From positions 1 through 49,647 of the forward strand of contig CAXRES010000059.1 in the NCBI GenBank assembly GCA_964229575.1: a DNA stretch of 49,647 bases, written 5' to 3'. This document shows, in pieces, positions 24,601 to 31,852 of the stretch (positions are counted from its first letter, which is position 1; the number at the start of each line of letters is the position of its first letter). Below the pieces are notes generated by a model. It ran no database searches and was not told the DNA's origin. It saw nothing but the letters and a program-made list of their open reading frames with translations. The stretch comes from Alphaproteobacteria bacterium (GTDB taxonomy: Bacteria; Pseudomonadota; Alphaproteobacteria; SMXQ01). Made by a program: the position numbers and the translations under genes.

Positions 24601-26019
24601 GTGGCCGACACATCCTTCGACCTCATCGTCATCGGCGGCGGGCCCGGCGGCGATGTCGCGGCGATCCGCGCCGCGCAGCTGGGCCTCAGGACCTGCGTGG
24701 TGGAGCGCGCCCACATGGGTGGCATCTGCCTCAACTGGGGCTGCATCCCGACGAAGGCGCTGCTGCGTTCCTCCGAAATCAAGCACCTGGTCGAACATGC
24801 CGGCGATTTCGGCATCAAGGCGAAGCTCGAGGGCATCGATCTGAAAAAGATCGTCGAACGTTCGCGCGCCGTCGCCGGGCAACTGTCGAAGGGCGTCGCC
24901 GGCCTGATGAAGAAGAACAGGATCGCCGTGGTCGACGGCCATGCGCGGCTCGACGGTACGGCCGGTGGCCTGCGCAAGGTCGCGGTGACGGACAAGGACG
25001 GCAAGCGGCTTGCCGCGCTCACCGCGAAAAACGTGATCCTCGCGACCGGCGCGCGCGCCCGCACGCTGCCGGGGCTCGAACCCGACGGCAAACACATCGT
25101 CACCTACCGCGAAGCGATGGTGCCCGACAGCCTGCCGAAGTCGTTGCTGGTCATCGGTTCGGGCGCCATCGGCATCGAGTTCGCCAGCTTCTATGCGACG
25201 CTCGGCTCCCAGGTCACCGTGGTCGAGGTGATGGACCGCGTCCTGCCGGTGGAGGACGCCGACATCTCGGCCTTCGCCGAAAAGGCCTTCAAAAAGCAGG
25301 GCATGACCGTCATGACCTCGACCACCGTGAAATCGCTCAGGGTGGAGAAGGGTGCGGTGACGGCCGAGATCGAGCCGAAAGGGGCCAAGGCCGAAAAGCA
25401 CAGCTTCGAGCGCGTCATCCTCGCCGTCGGCATCACCGGAAATGTCGAGGACCTCGGCCTCGAAACGACGAAGGTCAAGGTCGAGAAGGGCCATGTCGTC
25501 ATCGACAAGTGGGGCGCCACGGCCGAACCCGGCGTCTGGGCCATCGGCGACCTCGCCGGCCCGCCGTGGCTCGCGCACAAGGCGAGCCACGAGGGCGTGG
25601 TGGCGGTGGAAAAGATCGCGGGCGTCGCCGGGGTGCATCCGCTGGACGCCGGCAACATCCCGGGCTGCACCTATTGCCGTCCGCAGGTCGCTTCCGTCGG
25701 CCTGACCGAGGCCAGGGCCAGGGAAAAGGGCTTCACCGTCAAGGTCGGCCGGTTCCCCTTCATCGGCAACGGCAAGGCGATCGCGCTGGGCGAGGCCGAG
25801 GGCCTGATCAAGACCGTGTTCGACGCGAGGACCGGCCAGTTGCTCGGCGCGCACATGATCGGCGCCGAGGTGACCGAGCTGATCCAGGGCTTCGCCGTGG
25901 CGCGCACGCTGGAAACGACCGAGGCCGAGCTGATGGCGACCGTCTTCCCGCATCCGACGCTGTCGGAAATGATGCACGAGTCGGTGCTTGACGCTTACGG
26001 CCGGGTTCTCCACATCTAG
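24601..26019 (+). CDS. lpdA: Dihydrolipoyl dehydrogenase (E3)
   Basis: GTG 24601 follows GGGAGAG. Has VIGGGPGG and the redox-active CLNWGCIPTKAL. Confidence 0.93.
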   Translation: MADTSFDLIVIGGGPGGDVAAIRAAQLGLRTCVVERAHMGGICLNWGCIPTKALLRSSEIKHLVEHAGDFGIKAKLEGIDLKKIVERSRAVAGQLSKGVAGLMKKNRIAVVDGHARLDGTAGGLRKVAVTDKDGKRLAALTAKNVILATGARARTLPGLEPDGKHIVTYREAMVPDSLPKSLLVIGSGAIGIEFASFYATLGSQVTVVEVMDRVLPVEDADISAFAEKAFKKQGMTVMTSTTVKSLRVEKGAVTAEIEPKGAKAEKHSFERVILAVGITGNVEDLGLETTKVKVEKGHVVIDKWGATAEPGVWAIGDLAGPPWLAHKASHEGVVAVEKIAGVAGVHPLDAGNIPGCTYCRPQVASVGLTEARAREKGFTVKVGRFPFIGNGKAIALGEAEGLIKTVFDARTGQLLGAHMIGAEVTELIQGFAVARTLETTEAELMATVFPHPTLSEMMHESVLDAYGRVLHI

Positions 26020-26025
26020 GGCACG

Positions 26026-26961
26026 ATGAGCAAGGTTCACAACCTCAACGAACCCGCGACGCCCGGGACGGTGCGCCGGCCGAAGCCGGACTGGATCCGC
26101 GTCAAGGCGCCGACCTCGCCCGAGTACCACGCGACGCGCAAGCTGATGCGCGATCTCAAGCTGCACACGGTGTGCGAGGAAGCCGCCTGTCCCAACATCG
26201 GCCAGTGCTGGGCCAAGGGCCACGCCACGGTGATGATCCTGGGCGACACCTGCACGCGCGCCTGCGCCTTCTGCAACATCAAGACCGGCAAGCCGCTGGC
26301 GATCGACCCGCACGAGCCCGAGCACCTGGCCGAGGCGGTGGCCGCGCTCGGCCTCGAACACGTGGTGATCACCTCGGTCGACCGCGATGATCTGGACGAC
26401 GGCGGCGCGGCGCAGTTCGTCAAATGCATCGCACGCATCCGCGAAACCTCGCCCAAAACCACCATCGAAGTGCTGACGCCCGATTTCCTTCGGAAGGACG
26501 GCGCGATCGAGGCGGTGGTGGCGGCGAAACCCGACGTCTACAACCACAACCTCGAAACCGTGCCGCGCCTTTACGCCACCGTGCGCCCCGGCGCGCGCTA
26601 TTTCCATTCGCTGAAGCTGCTCGACCGCGTCAAGGAACTCGATCCCTCGATCTTCACCAAGTCCGGCCTGATGGCGGGCCTCGGCGAGGAGCGCGAGGAG
26701 GTCCTTCAGGTGATGGACGACCTGCGCGCCGCCGACGTCGATTTCATCACCATCGGCCAGTATCTTCAGCCCACCCTTCGTCATATCGCGGTGGAACGCT
26801 TCGTGACGCCCGACGAATTCAACGCCTATGCCGCCGCGGCGCGGGCCAAGGGCTTCCTGCTGGTGTCGTCATCGCCCCTGACCCGTTCCAGCTACTTCGC
26901 CGCCGAAGACTTCTTCAAGCTGCGCGCCGCGCGAGAGGAAAAGCTCGCGCGCGGGCGCTAG
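26026..26961 (+). CDS. lipA: Lipoyl synthase
   Basis: Has the [13 protein letters not shown] and CTRACAFC radical-SAM/auxiliary cluster motifs. Confidence 0.95.
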   Translation: MSKVHNLNEPATPGTVRRPKPDWIRVKAPTSPEYHATRKLMRDLKLHTVCEEAACPNIGQCWAKGHATVMILGDTCTRACAFCNIKTGKPLAIDPHEPEHLAEAVAALGLEHVVITSVDRDDLDDGGAAQFVKCIARIRETSPKTTIEVLTPDFLRKDGAIEAVVAAKPDVYNHNLETVPRLYATVRPGARYFHSLKLLDRVKELDPSIFTKSGLMAGLGEEREEVLQVMDDLRAADVDFITIGQYLQPTLRHIAVERFVTPDEFNAYAAAARAKGFLLVSSSPLTRSSYFAAEDFFKLRAAREEKLARGR

Positions 26962-26967
26962 ATACCC

Positions 26968-27432
26968 GTGCACGGCTTCGACGACAGCCGGCTCCTGCCG
27001 TACGGCCCGCGCCAGCTCTTCGATCTCGTCGCCGACATCGCGAAGTATCCCGAATTCCTGCCGTGGTGCCTCGGCGCGCGCGTCGGCGCGCGGACGAAAC
27101 AGGGCGCGAACGAAATCGTCATGGCCGATCTCATCGTCGGCACCCGCATCTTCCGCGAGACCTTCACCTCGCGCGTCACGCTCTCGCCCGCGGCGGACCC
27201 GCCGCAAATTTCGGTCGAATACGTCAAGGGGCCGATGCGCCGCATGGAAAACCGCTGGCGGTTCATACCCGAAGGCGCGGGCACGCGGCTCGAATTCCAC
27301 GTCGCCTTCGAATTCCGCTCCGCGCTTCTGGAAAAGATGATGGGCGCCTTTTTTGATGACGCCCAGCGGCGCATGATCGCCGCGTTCGAGGCGCGCGCGG
27401 CAAAACTCTACGGGTCCGCCGGCGGTGCCTGA
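26968..27432 (+). CDS. SRPBCC-family protein (RatA / COQ10-like, polyketide cyclase-dehydrase fold)
   Basis: 154 aa. LFDLVADIAKYPEFLPWC is typical of RatA/COQ10-like proteins. Holds the conserved position after lipA. Confidence 0.8.
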   Translation: MHGFDDSRLLPYGPRQLFDLVADIAKYPEFLPWCLGARVGARTKQGANEIVMADLIVGTRIFRETFTSRVTLSPAADPPQISVEYVKGPMRRMENRWRFIPEGAGTRLEFHVAFEFRSALLEKMMGAFFDDAQRRMIAAFEARAAKLYGSAGGA

Positions 27433-27892
27433 AATTTACGTCGACGGCGATGCCTGTCCGGTGAAGGACGAAGTGCTGCGCGTCGCCACGCGCCACGGCT
27501 TGCGCGTGCATTTCGTCGGCAACACCTGGTTGCGCGTGGGCGGCGGCGGCGACAACCCGCTGATCAACCGCGTCGTGGTGGGCGAAGGGCTCGACGCCGC
27601 CGACGACTGGATCGCCGAACACATCACAAGCGCCGACATCGCGGTGACGGCCGACATTCCGCTCGCCGCGCGTTGCCTGGAAAAGGGGGCGCGGGTGATC
27701 GGTCACACCGGCCGGCCGTTTACCGAATCGGGCATAGGCAACGCGCTCGCCATGCGCGAATTGATGGCGCATCTGCGCGATAGCGGCGAAATCCGGGGCG
27801 GCGGCCCGGCGTTTTCCGCGCGCGACCGGTCGAATTTCCTGCAGGCGCTTGAAAACGCGGTGCAGGCCGCCCTTCGCGCGCGCGGCCCTTGA
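27425..27892 (+). CDS. YaiI/YqxD family protein (UPF0178)
   Basis: 155 aa. Has the N-terminal IYVDGDACPV motif. Overlaps the previous gene by 8 nt. Confidence 0.8.
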   Translation: MPEIYVDGDACPVKDEVLRVATRHGLRVHFVGNTWLRVGGGGDNPLINRVVVGEGLDAADDWIAEHITSADIAVTADIPLAARCLEKGARVIGHTGRPFTESGIGNALAMRELMAHLRDSGEIRGGGPAFSARDRSNFLQALENAVQAALRARGP

Positions 27893-27967
27893 ATCGGCGG
27901 CGATCCGGGCGCATGCTTGCAAGATAGATTTTCCGAACATATTCATATGCAACAAGGGAGAACCGTC

Positions 27968-28717
27968 ATGCGCAGTTCCACCCGTTCTTTTTTTGGCCGT
28001 GCTTTCTTTGGCCGTGTTTTCTTCGCCCGCGCTCTTTTCAGCGCCTTCGCGTTTCTCGCTGCCTGTGCCGTATCCGCGCAACCCGCGGCGGCGCAGGAGA
28101 CCGTCAAGGTCGCGCTCCTCGACATGAGTTCGATCGCAGGTCCCGGCATGGGGCCGGGCCGCATGGGCTGGGGCCCGTGGGGCAACCGCGCGCCGACCGG
28201 GGAACTGGCGCCCGGTAGCCGCGGCCCGGGCCAGCCGGGTCCAGGCCAGGTCGGCCCCGGCATGATGGGGCCGGGCGGCCAGCAGGGTTCGGGCGGCTTC
28301 GGTCCCGGCATGATGGGCCCGGGCTGGAACTGGGGCGGCAACTGGGGCCCCGGCTGGATGGCCGGCCACATGATGGGACCGGGCATGATGGGCATGGGCA
28401 TGATGTCGGTGCGCATGACCAGGTCCTCGGCCAAGGCCGGCAAGATCCGCTTCGAGGTGGCGAACTACTCGGCCAGCATCGATCACGAACTGGAAATCGT
28501 GGCGGTCGACGACGTCAACGCGCCGCTGCCCTACGACTACAAGACCGCCAAGGTGAAGATCGACAAGGCGCGCGAGAAGGGCGAGGTCGAGGACATCAAG
28601 CCGGGCGCGGAGAAAATCCTCGAAGTGACGCTGGCCGCCGGAAACTACCTGCTGATCTGCAACCTGCCCGGCCATTACGCGGCCGGGATGGTGGCGCCGT
28701 TCACGGTGACGCCGTAG
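27968..28717 (+). CDS. Secreted cupredoxin-domain protein with a long Gly/Pro/Met/Trp-rich region
   Basis: ATG 27968 follows GGGAGA. A signal-like N-terminus is followed by about 100 aa of GPGMMGPG / GWNWGGNWGPGW low complexity. The C-terminal cupredoxin has IDHELE...CNLPGHYAAGM (His...Cys-x2-x-His-x4-Met type-1-like ligand pattern). Confidence 0.75.
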   Translation: MRSSTRSFFGRAFFGRVFFARALFSAFAFLAACAVSAQPAAAQETVKVALLDMSSIAGPGMGPGRMGWGPWGNRAPTGELAPGSRGPGQPGPGQVGPGMMGPGGQQGSGGFGPGMMGPGWNWGGNWGPGWMAGHMMGPGMMGMGMMSVRMTRSSAKAGKIRFEVANYSASIDHELEIVAVDDVNAPLPYDYKTAKVKIDKAREKGEVEDIKPGAEKILEVTLAAGNYLLICNLPGHYAAGMVAPFTVTP

Positions 28718-28734
28718 AGCAACCCGCGATCAGC

Positions 28735-28763
28735 CCGCGATCAGATGGCTAATCTGATCGCGG
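28735..28763. other. Perfect 12-bp stem / 5-nt loop hairpin just after the cupredoxin stop codon
   Basis: ccgcgatcagat (28735-28746), ggcta, atctgatcgcgg (28752-28763). No U-tract on either side, so it is not a canonical intrinsic terminator. Confidence 0.6.
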
Positions 28764-28799
28764 AAGAGTTGCTCGCCACCGACAAGATAGCGCGTCGGA

Positions 28800-28819
28800 G
28801 CGCGCCCGATCGGGCGCGC
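28800..28819. other. Perfect 20-bp palindrome GCGCGCCCGATCGGGCGCGC
   Basis: Read directly from the sequence. gcgcgcccga and tcgggcgcgc are exact reverse complements. Confidence 0.6.
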
Positions 28820-28894
28820 GACGCGCCAGGTTCTGGGGTGGGCGGTCCCTGTTCGGCGATTACGCTCCGCGATGTTCCCCATGACAGCGGACGT

Positions 28895-28998
28895 CGAAAC
28901 TGGTAATCGTTGTGCCGGCTGGCACACGGTAGTCATTGCGCCAACTGGCACACGGTAGTCATTGTGCCGACCGGCACATGGTAGTCATTGTGCCTGTT
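28895..28998. repeat. Tandem array: 3 full units plus 1 degenerate 26-bp unit, each an inverted repeat GGCACA-N10-TGTGCC
   Basis: Units start at 28921 (GGCACACGGTAGTCATTGCGCC), 28947 (GGCACACGGTAGTCATTGTGCC) and 28973 (GGCACATGGTAGTCATTGTGCC). A degenerate unit lies at 28895-28920 (..TGGTAATCGTTGTGCC). The period is exactly 26 bp. Confidence 0.85.
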
Positions 28999-29039
28999 CA
29001 GATATGGGCCACATATGGCCCGCCCGACCCGAGCGACGA

Positions 29040-29414
29040 ATGCTGCGTTTCCTGTTCGCACTTCTGGCTTTCCTGCTGATCGCCGCGCCGAGCTACGCGC
29101 ACGGCGTCGCCCATGGGGCGTTGTCCAAAGCCGCGGTTGACGCGGGGGTGTCGGAATCCGCGCTCGACGCGGGGGTGGATGCCGCGCCCGCGGCGCCTCT
29201 TTCGCCCGCCCACAGCAGGCATCACGGCGGGCAGGGTGATGCGACGCAGTGCGGGGACATGGTGTCGTGCACGCCGCTGTTCCATGCGGAGACCGATGCG
29301 GTCGGTCCCGCCGAGTTCGGCGGCAGCCCGTGGCCGGCCGCGCCCGAACACATGCTGATCGCCGCCACGCCCGAGCGCGAGCCGCCGGTCCCGCGCATCC
29401 ACGCGCGTTCCTGA
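29040..29414 (+). CDS. Small secreted hypothetical protein with His/Cys cluster (copper-island accessory)
   Basis: ATG 29040 gives the signal peptide MLRFLFALLAFLLIAAPSYAHG, and later HSRHHGGQGDATQCGDMVSCTPLFHAE. ATG 29004 is an alternative start and the SD is weak. No family recognised. Coding status is supported mainly by the signal peptide and the gene context. Confidence 0.5.
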   Translation: MLRFLFALLAFLLIAAPSYAHGVAHGALSKAAVDAGVSESALDAGVDAAPAAPLSPAHSRHHGGQGDATQCGDMVSCTPLFHAETDAVGPAEFGGSPWPAAPEHMLIAATPEREPPVPRIHARS

Positions 29415-29513
29415 CCTTCCCCTTCGAGATTTCGTCGTAATCCGTTCCCGTGTGCGCGTGCGCCATCGTGCGCCCTGCGCTTGCGCGGGTCCATGAACCG
29501 AGGAGTTCATCAC

Positions 29514-30095
29514 ATGAACAAGTTCGTCACCGCTTTCGCCATCGTTCTCGCCGCCGCCGCCGCGCTAAGCGCGGCTCCTCAACATAAAGGCGGCTCCGCC
29601 GCCGCCGCGCCCGCCTTCGCCGACGAAGGCCACGGCCACAGCCCGGCCTTCGGCGTGCCCGGCAAGGCCGCCGATGTCAAACGCACCATCACCGTCGTCA
29701 TGAAGGACAACAGCTACGACATGCCCGAAATCTCCGTGCGGGCCGGGGAAACCGTGCGCTTCGTCGTGAAGAACGAGGGCGAACTGCTGCACGAGTTCAA
29801 CATCGGCACGCCCGGCTCCCATGCCGGCCACCAGAAGGAAATGATGGCGATGATGGAGATGGGCATGCTGACGCCGACCGGCATCGACCAGGAAAAGATG
29901 AAGATGGATCACTCGGCCATGAGCCCGGAAATGAAGAACATGAAGCACGACGACCCCAACAGCGTGCTGGTCGAGCCGGGCAAGACGGCCGAGATGATCT
30001 GGAAGTTCGCCAGGCCGATGAAGCTCGAATTCGCCTGCAACGTGCCCGGCCACTACCAGGCGGGCATGGTCGGCGAATTCAGGTTCGCGAAGTAA
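29514..30095 (+). CDS. CopI-like periplasmic cupredoxin (plastocyanin/azurin-family copper-binding protein)
   Basis: ATG 29514 follows GAGGAG. Has a signal peptide, a His/Met-rich central loop (HAGHQKEMMAMMEMGM...MKMDHSAMSPEMKNMKHD), HEFNIG and CNVPGHYQAGM ligands. Confidence 0.85.
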   Translation: MNKFVTAFAIVLAAAAALSAAPQHKGGSAAAAPAFADEGHGHSPAFGVPGKAADVKRTITVVMKDNSYDMPEISVRAGETVRFVVKNEGELLHEFNIGTPGSHAGHQKEMMAMMEMGMLTPTGIDQEKMKMDHSAMSPEMKNMKHDDPNSVLVEPGKTAEMIWKFARPMKLEFACNVPGHYQAGMVGEFRFAK

Positions 30096-30118
30096 CGCGG
30101 CGGAACGGGGATCGCGAC

Positions 30119-31852
30119 ATGAAAACGATTTTCGAACGCCTGCGGCTCCTCGTCGCGGCGGGGCTCGCGCTCGCCGCGCTGGCTTCGCCCGCGACGGCGG
30201 GCACCTACGACCTGACCATCGCGCCCAAGACCGTGAATTTTTCGGGCGAAGAGCGCGAGGCCATGGCCATCAACGACCAGATCCCGGGTCCGACCCTGCG
30301 CTTCAGGGAAGGCGAGGACGTGGTCGTCAACGTCACCAACCGGATGAAGCACGACACATCGCTCCACTGGCACGGCATCCTGCTGCCGCCCGAGATGGAC
30401 GGCGTGCCGGGATTCAGCTTTCCCGGCATCCGGCCCGGCGAGACCTTCACCTACCGCTTCAAGGTCAGGCAGAGCGGCACCTACTGGTATCACAGCCATT
30501 CCGGCTTGCAGGAACAGTCGGGCGTCTACGGCCCGCTGGTGATCGAGCCGGCGAAGAAGGAGCCCTACCGTTACGACCGCGACTACGTGGTGATGCTGTC
30601 GGACTGGACCGACGAGAAGCCCGAATCGGTGCTGCGCAAGCTCAAGGTCAAGAGCGACTACTACAACTACAATCAGCGCACGCTCGGCACCTTGTTCGAC
30701 GATGCGAAGAAGCAGGGCCTTGCCGCCGCATTGCGCGACCGCATGGAGTGGGGCGAGATGCGCATGGCGCCGACCGACATCGCCGACGTCACGGGCTATC
30801 ACTTCCTCGCCAACGGCAGGACGCCCGCGCAGAACTGGACCGGCCTGTTCAAGCCGGGCGAACGGGTGCGGCTGCGCTTCATCAACGGCTCGGCCATGAC
30901 GTACTTCGACGTGCGCATCCCCGGCCTCAAGATGACGGTGGTGCAGGCCGACGGCAACGACGTGCTGCCGATGCCCGTCGACCGCTTCCGCATCGCGGTG
31001 GCTGAAACCTACGACGTCATCGTCCAGCCGAAGGACGACCGCGCCTATACGATCATGGCCGAAAGCATGGATCGGACGGGTGCCGCGCGCGCCACGCTCG
31101 CCCCGCGCGAAGGCATGAGCGCAGAAGTGCCGCCGATGTCGCCCCGGCCGCTGCTCACCATGGCCGACATGGGCATGGGCGGCGATCATGCCGGACACGT
31201 CATGGCGCCCGCCGCCGCCGCGCCAAGCACGGCTCCTCAAAATAAAGGCGGCTCCGCCGCCGCCGCGCCAAGCACGGCTCCTCAAAATAAAGGCGGCTCC
31301 GCCGCCGCCGCGAAACCGGGTGCCGATCCGCACGCGGGCCACGTCATGGGGCCGATGTCGGAATACGCGCCGGGCAGCGGGCTCGCGCCGGAAAAGACCA
31401 GGGGCGAGAAGTTCCTCGTCTACGGCGACCTGCGCGCGATGCGTCCGTGGAAGGACTACCGCAAGCCCGACCGCGAGATCGAAATCCGGCTCGGCGGCAA
31501 CATGGAACGCTACATCTGGACCATCAACGGCAAGAAGTTCTCGGAAGCCGAACCGATCCGGCTGCGCCACGGCGAGCGCGTGCGCTTCAAGTTCGTCAAC
31601 GAAACGATGATGGCCCATCCCATGCACCTGCACGGGATGTGGATGCAGCTCGACAACGGCACAGGCCGGTTCAGCCCGCTCAAGCACGTCATTAACGTGG
31701 CGCCGGGCATGACGATCAACGCCGACGTCCCGGCCGATGCCACCGGCGAATGGGCGTTCCACTGCCATCTGCTGTTCCACATGGCTTCGGGCATGATGCA
31801 GAAGGTGATCGTCGAGCCGAGGGCGGCTCAGGTCGGGGAGGCGGCGCGATGA
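30119..31852 (+). CDS. copA: Copper resistance system multicopper oxidase (CopA/PcoA)
   Basis: 577 aa with HWHGILLP, WYHSHSG, HPMHLHG and the C-terminal HCHLLFHMASGMM copper-site motifs. Confidence 0.93.
   Translation: MKTIFERLRLLVAAGLALAALASPATAGTYDLTIAPKTVNFSGEEREAMAINDQIPGPTLRFREGEDVVVNVTNRMKHDTSLHWHGILLPPEMDGVPGFSFPGIRPGETFTYRFKVRQSGTYWYHSHSGLQEQSGVYGPLVIEPAKKEPYRYDRDYVVMLSDWTDEKPESVLRKLKVKSDYYNYNQRTLGTLFDDAKKQGLAAALRDRMEWGEMRMAPTDIADVTGYHFLANGRTPAQNWTGLFKPGERVRLRFINGSAMTYFDVRIPGLKMTVVQADGNDVLPMPVDRFRIAVAETYDVIVQPKDDRAYTIMAESMDRTGAARATLAPREGMSAEVPPMSPRPLLTMADMGMGGDHAGHVMAPAAAAPSTAPQNKGGSAAAAPSTAPQNKGGSAAAAKPGADPHAGHVMGPMSEYAPGSGLAPEKTRGEKFLVYGDLRAMRPWKDYRKPDREIEIRLGGNMERYIWTINGKKFSEAEPIRLRHGERVRFKFVNETMMAHPMHLHGMWMQLDNGTGRFSPLKHVINVAPGMTINADVPADATGEWAFHCHLLFHMASGMMQKVIVEPRAAQVGEAAR
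31211..31312 (+). repeat. Exact 45-bp tandem duplication (2.3 copies) inside copA
   Basis: 31211-31255 equals 31256-31300 (gccgccgccgcgccaagcacggctcctcaaaataaaggcggctcc). A partial third copy runs to 31312. Encodes AAAAPSTAPQNKGGS repeats. A related copy lies at 29551-29610 in the CopI-like gene. Confidence 0.9.

Noticed and set aside
28919-28942. A sigma54 promoter (TGGCAC...TTGC) inside the repeat units.
   Set aside because: The GG and GC elements are about 5 bp too far apart compared with TGGCAC-N5-TTGC.
28730-28951. Small ORFs in the structured spacer: the 73-aa minus-strand ORF, and a 55-codon plus-strand ORF at 28745-28909 (MANLIAEELLATDK...).
   Set aside because: Neither has an SD, a recognisable domain or typical composition. 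Both run through the palindromes and repeats. The region was treated as non-coding.
28895-28998. The tandem 26-bp repeats as a CRISPR array.
   Set aside because: The units are contiguous with no unique spacers. There are only 3.5 copies, and no cas genes lie in the window.
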